Shown in pieces: positions 9,147 through 18,400 of a stretch of DNA of 64,000 nucleotides. A program made the position numbers and the translations under genes. This DNA is from Myxococcales bacterium (GTDB taxonomy: Bacteria; Myxococcota; Myxococcia; Myxococcales; UBA5297): NCBI GenBank assembly GCA_031552145.1, contig JAVBMV010000007.1, positions 226,486 through 290,485 of the forward strand, read 5' to 3'. Position 1 is the first letter of the stretch, and each line of letters starts with the position of its first letter. The notes below the pieces were generated by a model that searched no databases, was not told where the DNA came from, and saw nothing but the letters and a program-made list of their open reading frames with translations.

Positions 9147-10913
9147 ATGCCTATTTGCAATACCAACAAGTTCATCGGCCTCTGCGCCGCCGGCGCGCTC
9201 GCGCTCGCGCTCGCGGCGGGCTGCGCCAGCGCGCCCGTCGTCAAGGAGGCGCCGGTGCCCGAGGAGAAGCCCATGTCGCTGCAGCAGCGCGTCGATTCTT
9301 TCCTGGAGAGCTACTTCGCCGACCTTTCGCAGAAGGAGCTGGCCGCGAGCAGCGCCTGGTGGAACGCCTCCACGAACGGCTCCGAAGAGGCCAGCAAACG
9401 CTACGCGGAGGCGGAGCTTGCCCGGCGTCTGGTGCACGCCGACGAGGCCCGCTTCGCGGCGCTGAAGGCGCTGCGCGCCGAGGCGGCCGAGCTGCGCGCG
9501 CGCGGCGAGGTGGCGCTCGATGCCAAGTCCGAGCGCTCGCTCGAGCTGGCCGAGCTGGCCTTCAAGGGAGAGCAGCTCCCGCCCGCGCTGCTCAAGCAGA
9601 TGGTCGACGCCTCGACCGAGATCGAACTCATCTTCAAGACCTTCCGCCCCACGGTGGGGGGGAAGCGTTTGACCAACAACGATCTGCTCGGGGTGCTCAC
9701 CTCCGAGAAGAGCAGCAAGAAGCGGCAGGAGGCGTGGCTGGCCTCGAAGGAGGTGGGCGCGCAGGTGGCGGGAAAGCTCATCGCGCTGGCGAAGGTGCGC
9801 AACGAGGCGGCGCGCTCGCTCGGCTACGCCAACTTCTGGGATATGCAGATGCGCCTGCAGGAGCATGACCCCGCGCAGGTGATCGCCCTCTTCGCCGAGC
9901 TGGAGCGCGTCACCGACGCCCCCTTCGCCGCCATGAAGGCGCAGCTCGACGCCGAGGTGGGGCGCCACCTCAAGGTCGCGCCAAAGGCGCTCATGCCCTG
10001 GCACTACACCAACCCCTTCTTCCAGGACGCGCCCCCCAATGAGAAGGTCAATCTCGACACCTTCTTCGCCGGGATGCCCCAGGAGCGGATCGCCGAGCTG
10101 GCGGTGCGCTTCTACGCCGACATCGGCATCGACGCCGCGCCCATCATCGAGCGCAGCGATCTCTACGAGCGCGAGGGGAAGGATCAGCACGCCTTCTGCA
10201 TCACCCTCGATCGCAAGAAAGATATTCGGACGCTGCAGAACGTGAAGGCGACCAACCAGTGGATGGAGACGATGCTCCACGAGGTGGGTCACGGCGTCTA
10301 CTACGCCGGTATCGACGAGAGCTTGCCCTTCAACCTGCGCGAGGCGGCGCACACCCTCACCACCGAGGCGACCGCGATGCTCTTCGGCGCGCTGGCGAAG
10401 AACCCCATGTGGCTGACGAGCTACGCGGGCATCGACGCCAAGGCGATGGCCAAAGTGGAGAAGTACATTCTGGAGCAGCGCCGGCGCGAGCAGCTCATCT
10501 TCGTGCGCTGGGGGCTCGTGATGCTCAACTTCGAGCGCGCGCTCTACGAGAACCCTGACCAGGATCTCGACGCGCTCTGGTACCAGTACGTGGCGCGCTT
10601 CCAGGGACTGAAGCCGCTCGAGGGGCGCCATGGCGACTGGGCCGCGAAGCCCCACTTCACGGTGGCGCCGGTCTACTACCACAACTATGTGATGGCCGAG
10701 CTGATGGCGGCGCAGCTGCGCTCGCGCTTCGCGACCATGGCGGGCCACACGGGCCCCGCCTCGGCGCTCTCCTTCAACGGGCGCAAGGAGTTTGGGCAGC
10801 ACATGAACGAGAAGCTCTTCGCCCCCGGCATGTCGCACCACTGGCCCGAGCTGGTCGAAGAGGTGACGGGCGCCAAGCTCTCCACTGCCGCCTTCGAGGC
10901 CGAGGTGAAGTAG
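9147..10913 (+). CDS. M2-family (ACE-like) zinc metallopeptidase lipoprotein
   Basis: Lipobox LALAAGCAS. HEVGHGVYY...LPFNLRE...TTEATAM parallels the ACE HEMGHIQYY...LPVSLRR...HEAIGD zinc site (HExxH plus a downstream Glu). The segment WLASKEVGAQVAGKLIALAKVRNEAARSLGYANFWD is also ACE-like. Confidence 0.75.
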   Translation: MPICNTNKFIGLCAAGALALALAAGCASAPVVKEAPVPEEKPMSLQQRVDSFLESYFADLSQKELAASSAWWNASTNGSEEASKRYAEAELARRLVHADEARFAALKALRAEAAELRARGEVALDAKSERSLELAELAFKGEQLPPALLKQMVDASTEIELIFKTFRPTVGGKRLTNNDLLGVLTSEKSSKKRQEAWLASKEVGAQVAGKLIALAKVRNEAARSLGYANFWDMQMRLQEHDPAQVIALFAELERVTDAPFAAMKAQLDAEVGRHLKVAPKALMPWHYTNPFFQDAPPNEKVNLDTFFAGMPQERIAELAVRFYADIGIDAAPIIERSDLYEREGKDQHAFCITLDRKKDIRTLQNVKATNQWMETMLHEVGHGVYYAGIDESLPFNLREAAHTLTTEATAMLFGALAKNPMWLTSYAGIDAKAMAKVEKYILEQRRREQLIFVRWGLVMLNFERALYENPDQDLDALWYQYVARFQGLKPLEGRHGDWAAKPHFTVAPVYYHNYVMAELMAAQLRSRFATMAGHTGPASALSFNGRKEFGQHMNEKLFAPGMSHHWPELVEEVTGAKLSTAAFEAEVK

Positions 10914-10935
10914 CCGCTCGACGCGCTGCGTAGTA

Positions 10936-10975
10936 CCCGCGGGGGCCGTGCCGATGGGCGCGGCCCCCGCGCGCT
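10936..10975. repeat. GC-rich hairpin, left copy of a direct repeat bracketing the ATPase gene at 11095-12342
   Basis: GCGGGGGCCG...CGGCCCCCGC forms a 10-bp stem. The 31-bp core GCCGTGCCGATGGGCGCGGCCCCCGCGCGCT (10945-10975) is identical to 12441-12471. The similarity extends about 10 bp further 5' with 2 mismatches. Confidence 0.8.
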
Positions 10976-10984
10976 TTGCGCTGT

Positions 10985-11094
10985 GACTCCAGAACCTCCC
11001 CGGCTCGACTCCAAATTTGCGCCATCCGGACTCCAGATCATCCCCGACTTGACTCCAAATCGTCCCCGGCCTAGCCTCCAAATCGTCCCTTTTC
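10985..11094 (+). repeat. Five tandem ~22-bp direct repeats (iteron-like) ending at the ATPase start codon
   Basis: Units start at 10985, 11007, 11029, 11051 and 11073/4: GACTCCAGAACCTCCCCGGCTC / GACTCCAAATTTGCGCCATCCG / GACTCCAGATCATCCCCGACTT / GACTCCAAATCGTCCCCGGCCT / (A)GCCTCCAAATCGTCCCTTTTCG. Consensus GACTCCARATC.TCCCCGG. Confidence 0.8.
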
Positions 11095-12342
11095 GTGGTC
11101 CGGAGCACCGCCATTCCAGCTCTTTTCCCCAGACTCACCGAGAACCGTCTAAGAGAGGCGTTACAGGACACGCCCGTGGTCTTAGTTGCCGGGCCCAGGC
11201 GTGCGGGGAAGACCACGCTCGTCAGAGGCCTCGAGACCGGTGATCGCCCCTACCTCACGCTCGACGATCCAGGACAGCTCGAGGGTGCCAGGCGAGATCC
11301 CGTTGCCTTTGTCCGTCGCTTCGACAGCGCCATCATCGACGAGGTCCAGCGCGCTCCCGCGCTGCTCCTGGCCATCAAGCGCGCGGTCGATGAGGAGAGC
11401 CGGCCCGGGCGCTTCATCCTGACGGGCTCCTCCAACGTCATGTTGTTGCCGACCGTGGCCGATAGTCTGGCTGGGCGCATGGAGACTCTTCAGCTCTTTC
11501 CGCTTTCGCAGGCGGAGATGCGCGGGGGCTCGGGAGCGTTTCTGGAGGTGCTCTTCGCGGGAAAACTTCCCAAGGCAGGAGCGCCGCTCATCGGCAAGCA
11601 ACTGATCGGCGCCGTACTCGCGGGCGGCTACCCCGAACTCCTTGCGCGAAAGAGCGAGGCGCGCAGACATGAGTGGGCATCGAACTATCTAGAGGCGGTG
11701 TTGAGTCGCGATCTGCGGGAGATTGCCACGATAGAGAAGCTGACCGAACTTCCCCTCTTCGTGGAGTTACTCGCCCGCTACTCGGGGCAACTCTTGAACT
11801 ATTCGGCATTGGGCGTGGGATTGAGTATCTCCTCCAAAACGAGCCAGCGATATGTGTCGCTCCTGGAGCGGATCTTTCTCACCACTTCTCTGCGCGCATG
11901 GCACGGCAACGCGCTGAAGCGCCTCGTGAAGACCCCGAAGCTGCACTTTCTAGATACAGGGCTACTCGCTACATTGCAGCAGCTCTCCCCAGAAGCGCTC
12001 CTCGAGAAGAACGAGCTCTTCGGCCCGCTCCTCGAGAGCTTCGTCGTTGGGGAGGTATTCAAGCTGATGACCCGCGGCGGTCCGAGGGTACGCCCCTACC
12101 ACTTCCGTGACGCGAAGGGGCATGAGGTCGACCTCGTGCTGGAGCGCTCTAGCGGGCAGATGATCGGCATCGAAGTGAAGGCCGGTGCCACCATAGGCGC
12201 CTCCGACTTCAAGGGGCTGAGTGCGCTCTCCGCTGCCGCGGGAAAGCGCTTCGTTGCCGGCGTCATCCTGTATGACGGAAAAGAGGTGGCGCCCTTTGGA
12301 CCCAATCTGGCGGCGATACCTCTCTCCTGTTTATGGGCGTGA
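11095..12342 (+). CDS. AAA+ ATPase with C-terminal DUF4143-type PD-(D/E)xK nuclease-like domain
   Basis: Walker A GPRRAGKTTL; Walker B AIIDEVQ; C-terminal GHEVDLVLE...IGIEVKAG motif typical of AAA_14/DUF4143 proteins. GTG start at 11095 is uncertain. Confidence 0.8.
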   Translation: MVRSTAIPALFPRLTENRLREALQDTPVVLVAGPRRAGKTTLVRGLETGDRPYLTLDDPGQLEGARRDPVAFVRRFDSAIIDEVQRAPALLLAIKRAVDEESRPGRFILTGSSNVMLLPTVADSLAGRMETLQLFPLSQAEMRGGSGAFLEVLFAGKLPKAGAPLIGKQLIGAVLAGGYPELLARKSEARRHEWASNYLEAVLSRDLREIATIEKLTELPLFVELLARYSGQLLNYSALGVGLSISSKTSQRYVSLLERIFLTTSLRAWHGNALKRLVKTPKLHFLDTGLLATLQQLSPEALLEKNELFGPLLESFVVGEVFKLMTRGGPRVRPYHFRDAKGHEVDLVLERSSGQMIGIEVKAGATIGASDFKGLSALSAAAGKRFVAGVILYDGKEVAPFGPNLAAIPLSCLWA

Positions 12343-12431
12343 TCTCCGAGCAGGAGTCCCGCAAGAGCGAAGGCCCGGCGAGACACTGGCTCTCCGAAGA
12401 ACCGCATGCTTGCTCGATAGGCTGCGCAATA

Positions 12432-12471
12432 CCGGCGGGAGCCGTGCCGATGGGCGCGGCCCCCGCGCGCT
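12432..12471. repeat. Right copy of the hairpin/direct repeat; abuts the stop codon of the convergent giant gene
   Basis: The 31-bp core 12441-12471 is identical to 10945-10975. One stem mismatch (GCGGGAGCCG). The giant-gene stop (CTA on the plus strand) is at 12472-12474. Confidence 0.8.
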
Positions 12472-15400
12472 CTAGGGCGTCGTTACATAGAGCTCGAATT
12501 GCCCCTTGGAGCTGTCAGCATCCACGATGATGAAGTAGGTGTGGTTTGGGATGGCGGGAGAGATGGTCACGCTTTTGGCCGAGGTGTTCGAGGTGAGCGT
12601 GGCGCCGACGCAGCTGTTTGCATCGTTGCAGCTCGAATTGACCGAGACGAAACCTGCCCAGTAGGTGCTGACGCGCGAGTTGTCGATCACGACGGTAAAG
12701 AGGGCACTTGTCTTGGGGGTGTAGCTGTAGACGAGGTCGGGTCCGTTGCCGTTCGAGGTTGCGGTGTAGCCGGCGTTGTAGGCCGCGCAGCCGTTGATCA
12801 AGGAGTCTGGTGCGGTCTGAAAGCCAGAGCGCGTCTTGCTGAAGGTGCTGTGGGCGTCGCTTGTCGAACCCATGACGGGGCGGTTGAGCTCGAGCGCGAT
12901 GGCGTCGCCGCAGGTCTGGTTTGGCGGAACGGAACCATCGGCCGCGGGGGTCTTCGTCAGTTCGACGCCGTAGGCCATCGCCGCCGTGGCGCTGATGCCG
13001 CCCTCGATAAAGAGGAAGTAGGTCCCCGGGGGCAGAGTGAGTGAGGTGGCCGTCGTCGGCAAGTTGGGGTTGCAATAGACCTCGGCGTCGCGGGACGTGT
13101 CAGTGCAGGCGGTTCGGATGTAGGCGTAGGCGGTGCCCGAGCTCTTCTTGAGTGTGAGGGTCGTCGTTCCAGTCAGCTCCAGCTTGTAGAGATCCTCCGC
13201 CATGGCCATGGAGGCGAGGCAGTGCCCGCCCGCGAAGCTCTCCGAGGTGGCCTGGGTGATATTCCTCGTGAGGGTGACCGTGCTCGTCGTGCTAGGTGGT
13301 GTGGGGGCTATCCAGTCGAGCGCGCCGAGGTTGTCGCAAGTGTAGTTCATGGGCTTGGCCGTCTCGGCCACGGTCGTGAGGGTGACGTTCAACCTGAAGC
13401 TGCCGAAGGCAGCCGTCGAGACGGAGTCGACCCACAGAAAGTAGGTGCCGACTGGGAGATACTGGTGGCTGAGCTTGCCCGTTCCCGTCGCGACGCCCTT
13501 GCGCCCGATGACATCGCCCTCCGTGCAGGCTGCTCTGAGGTAGAGGACCGGACTGACAAAGTTTGCCTCGATCTCCGAGAGGGAGGCCTCGAGCGACTTG
13601 GGCCCATCCTTGATCTCGAGGCTGTAGACCAGGTCGGCCCCCCACACATACTGATGCGTGCTGGTTCCGACGGAGAGTCGTGAGGAGTCGTTCCGCGCAA
13701 AGCGCAGGTCGCCCGTGGTGGTCGCGGTGAAGGGCCCTGTGCCCGAGAACTCCAGCTTCTCGGGCAAGGTGCAGTCGTCATTCGCGGCATAAGCGAAGGC
13801 GTCGGGCGCCGAGAGGGAGAAGTCGAGCCAGTAGGCGCCGGTATCGTTCGCGGCGTGGCTGTCGATCCAGAGGTACCACTTACCCGCGGGTACCAGGTGA
13901 ATATCGAGTGCCGCGGTGTTGGCCGAGGTGGGGGCGACACAGCCGAAAGAGGGGCTTGAGCTCGGTTCGTCGCAGCGCTTCAACAGGTAGAGGACGGGCC
14001 TAAAACCCGAGGCGACTGCGCTGACTCTGAGGTGCTGTGGCGTGGCGAAGTCGAGCTCATAGACGCGATCGGGCCCCTTCGCCACGGCGCAGGGCGCGGC
14101 GGAGCTATTGGAGCCCTCGTCGATCAGCCCGCTCACGACGGCGGAGCCGTTCGAGAAGGTCACCTTTCCCGCGTCGGGAAAGGGAGAGAGGCAAGTATCG
14201 TTCGCCGCGTAGCGGGGTGCGGGAGCGAGCGAGAGCTCGAGTTGGAAGGGGCCGACGGCCCCGACCTCTTCACTGTCGACGATGACATAGAGCAGCCCCG
14301 AGGTGGCGCGCGTTGCCGAAAGCGTGAGGGGTTGGCCTCGGCGTGCCGAGTTGAGACATGCCAGCTCTCCCGAGGGCGAGGCCGTGCAGTCATTCCTGAT
14401 GTAGAGGGTGGGGGCGAAGCTGGAGGAGAAGGGGGGCTCCTCGGGCGTCAGCGTCGCCGTGAGCCGATAGTTGGCCGGAACCATCACGGGGAAGGCGAGA
14501 TCGGGCCCCTTGGTGGCGTAGCAACTTCCCTCTTGCTGATGCGTCCCCAGCTCTATTCCGGGCAGGTGGAGCGTGCGGCGCCCCGAGGAGTCGATGGCGA
14601 TCGGCTCGGCGCCTGGGTCGCAGAGATCGGGGATGCCCACGGTGGGCGCGTCGAAGGTGAGCGTCAGCGCGAAGAGCGCGCTCTTCGCGTCGGGCGGCGT
14701 CGTGGTCGAGCCCGCGATGAGCCAGTAGTTCCCGGGCGCCAAGGAGTGGAGCGACAGCGTCGCCCTTCCGCCCGCCGGGGCGCTGCAGCCGCGCTCGTCG
14801 GCCCACGTGGCGCTGTCGCATGAGCCAGCGCGGAGCGTCAGTGACGGGAGCAGCGCGCTCTCCATCGCCTCCATCGTCGCGGTAAGCGAGCGCGCTCCCG
14901 CGATGGCCGGGATCGTGAAGGCGTAGACAATGTCGCGACCGTTCGTCGCGGCGCAGGAGCCCTGGTAGTTGGCGCTGGCGCCGCGCAGCGTTCCGCGCAG
15001 CACGTTGGTGCCCGACATATCCAGGCCGGAGATCGGGATGCCCGGACAGAGATCGCCGGAAGCCGCGCCGTAACGTACGCTCGCGTGGAGCGTGAAGGCG
15101 CCGCTCTGGGTCGGGGTGTAGCTGTCGACGATGACGCGATACTGGGACTGGCCTCTCATCGGCACCTGATAGACGAGCACCGCGGGGAGGGCGCGCGTGC
15201 CCGGCAGCGCGCAACGCGGATCCCGCGCCTCGCTGAAGCAGTTGGCGGAAATGTCCGTGGAGAGCGACAGGACCGGGAACATGGCGGTGCTGGTGTCGGC
15301 CTGTACGGAGAGCTCGATTGTTGCCGCGGAGAGCGCCAGCCTCTCGGGATCCAGTTCGAGCGCATACACGATGTCGCTACCGGAGGCGGCCTTGCAGCCA

Positions 15401-18400
15401 GTATGGCCATGGTCGACTTCGATCGCGGTGTCGCCCATCAGCGTCGCCTGATCTTCGTGCAGCTCGATCTTGATCGGTGCTTCGCAGCTCCCTCCGACTG
15501 GCAAGAGCTCTACCGCGATGTCGAAGCGCGTCCTGACGGTGGCGCTCATCGAGTCGAGCCAGAGGTAGTAGTCGCCGGGGCTTTGCAGGGTGGTACGGAG
15601 CATCGCCTTCGCGCCGGTCGTCACCCTGGAGCAGAGCTCTCCCGCCGTCGTGGTGCAGGTCGTTCGCCGCAAGATGATTGCCGCGCCCGAGGTCGAGCCG
15701 TCAATCGTCGCGGTGATGAGGAGATCGGCTGGCATGGGGAGCTCGGGGATGGAGAGCTTGTAGATGTTCTCGACACCGGGGAGCGATCGCTGGAGCGCCG
15801 AGGTGTTGCAGGCATCGAGCGACGCGAGGGTGTTCTGCGCGGAGGCGTCGTTGAAGCCAAAGAACGAGAGCTTTCCATCGGTTAGCGTCAGCGGCGTAGC
15901 CTCGGCCTCGGCGCAGGACATGTTGGTACCCGTTGCCAGCGCTACCTCGAGCGCGTAGACGTCCCCCTCCGCGGAGAGGCCATCGACGATGATGAAGTAG
16001 GTCCCCTCGATGAGCGAGCTGATCGAGGCGCGCTTCGTCGCGCCCGCCGCCACCTCGGCGAAGGCGAGCTCATCGGCCGCCGCGCCTGAATCGCAGCTCT
16101 TGCGCAGGTAGAGCGCCAGGGCGAGGCCGGGCTTCATCGATTGATTGGTGAGCTGAGTCGAGAGGGTGTAGCGCTTCCCGGCGGGGACCACCACAGAGTA
16201 GATGGCCTCCCCTCCCGGCGTGGGTTTGGTTGAGGAGCTTTGTGTTCCAACCAGTCCGAAGGTGCTCCCTGTCAGATGCTGGCTGCCGATGATGCTCGGG
16301 GTGCCGGCAGCCCCCTCCCGCAGCACCTGCGTCGCGCTGGCGCAGGTGGCGTTGGTCTGCGGCGGCGGCGCTTCGTCGCTCTCGATGCGCAGCTCAAAGG
16401 CGCCGCGCAGCGGACTCACCGAGTCGACGATCAGGTAGTAGATGGCGGGCGTCAGGTTGCCCTGGAGCGTGACGGGGCCACCCCGCTCCGAGGCCGAGGC
16501 CATCAGCTCCTCCTCGGGCAGCGCGTCTTCACAAGTGCCCTTGCGCAGGTAGAGAAGCGCCTCGCCGTCGAAGGAGGAGAAGGCCGCCGTCGCGGTGAGA
16601 TGCTTGGGCGAACCCTGAACCTCGAATCGGTAGATCAGATTGCCGCCATTGCCCTTTGCCAGCTTCAGGGAGGCGAGGGTGTTCGCGGCGAAGGTGGTGT
16701 CGCCCGGAATCGTCAGGAGGCCCGGCGCGATGGGCAGCGAGATGGGCTCGGCCGCCGCGCAGGAGTCGGGAAGGCGCGAAGCGAGTGGCGTCAGTGAGAG
16801 ATCGAGCGAGAAGGAGCCGGCGGAGTTGGAGCTGCCATCGACGATGAGGAAGTAGTTGCCGCCGGCCATGAAGGCGTCGAGGGTCACCATTCCCGGCGTC
16901 GCACTCTCGGCGGAGCAGGCCAGCTCGGCATGGGTGTCGAGGCTCGCGCACTGCCCGTCGCTGCGTAGGTAGAGCGCCGGGCTATAGGCTACATCGTTGG
17001 TGTGGGCGCGAATGGTGAGCCGACCGGGCTCGCCGACCGCGATCTTGTAGACCAGATCGGGACCATCGAGCGGCGCGTCGACCTTGCCGCAGGTGCCGCG
17101 GTAGTCGGCGCGCGCGTTGGCCGTCGTGGCGTTGAGCACCTGGGCGCGAAAGCTGGGCGCCGCGAGCGAGAGGCTCTGTGGCGTGGAGCAGGTGTCGTTC
17201 GCGGGAGCGATGCCGGCGTCGACGCCCTCAACCTTCAGCTCGAACTTCCCTTCCTTCTCTTCCAGAGAGTCGACGAAGAGGTAGTTCTTCCCCGTGACGT
17301 TGGGGAGCGTGAGTACGAGCGGGCTGGAGACGCCGCCGACGCGGCATGCGCGCTCCTCCGCCAAGGCGCCGCAGCCAGAGCGCACATAGAGGATCGGCAC
17401 ATACTTCGCTTCCTGGGGCGTCAGCGTGATGGTGAGCGTCTTTACCGCGCTGCCCAGGTCGACCAGATAGACCAGCTCGGCGCCCGTGGAGTCGGCGCGA
17501 CAACCCGCCACCGAGTCGTGAGTGGCGTTGGCGGTGCTGGCGATGGCGTTGTCGCCCAGGGCGAGGTCGGCCGCATCTTCACAGAGGTCGTTCCAGTCGA
17601 TGCCGGAGAGTTCGAGCGCGATCTCTAGGTCGAAGAGCCCTTCGCTCCCCGCGGCGCTGTCGACGACCAAGATCCAGCTGCTGCCCGGCGCACGCCGCGC
17701 GGCGCTCGCCTCCGCTTTTCCGCCATCGAGGGATGCACAGGTCAACTCGCTGCCCTGCTCCTCGCAGTTCCTGCGCAGCGAGAGCGTGGGGATGAGCGCG
17801 CTGCCGGGGCGCGGCGTGACGGTGGCCTTCAGGTTGTAGGTGGCGTCATTGGGGAGATTGAGCTTCCAGAGCAGCTCTCGGCCCGAGCTACCAGCGCCAC
17901 AGGAAGCGCTTCCCAGACTCGCGCTGCCGAAGGAGGTGTCGGAGATGGCGGTGTAGATCAGCTCCGTGGGGGAGAAGGTCACCTCACGCACCGTGGAGCA
18001 GGTGCCATTGTCGGCGCGCGGCAGAAGCGCCGCCTGGAGCATGAAGGCGCCCTCCGAGCGGTCGGCTCCATCGACGACGAGGTACCAGCTACTGCCCGCG
18101 GCGAGCTCGGGCGCGTGGAGGATGGTGTAGGCGCGCCGCGCGGTGTTGGGGGCGCATGCGGTTGCCCCGGTCCCAGGCGCGCACTCCGGTACCAAATAGA
18201 GCGCGGGTCTGTAGCCGCTGCTCGGCTCCGCGGCGTCGACGCGGGCGACGAAGGAGGAGGGCTCGTTGACGCTGAAGTGAAAGCTCACCTCTCCGCCCGA
18301 GTTGGGCAGGCAGGAGGGGGAGAGGTCATTGCGCGCGTCGACGTTGGTGCCGCTTTCGCTGGCTAAGCCCTCGGGATCGAAGGTGAGCGCGATGGAGGTT

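Noticed and set aside
10985-11094. CRISPR array interpretation of the 22-bp tandem repeats
   Set aside because: The repeats are contiguous with no spacers, degenerate and only 22 bp long, and there are no cas genes. They are iteron-like tandem repeats instead.
8919-11216. 765-aa minus-strand ORF
   Set aside because: It is antisense to the anti-sigma 3' end and the M2 peptidase gene and runs through the intergenic repeats. Its composition is typical shadow-ORF (R/G/A/L/H/E). The plus strand carries the HExxH peptidase motifs.
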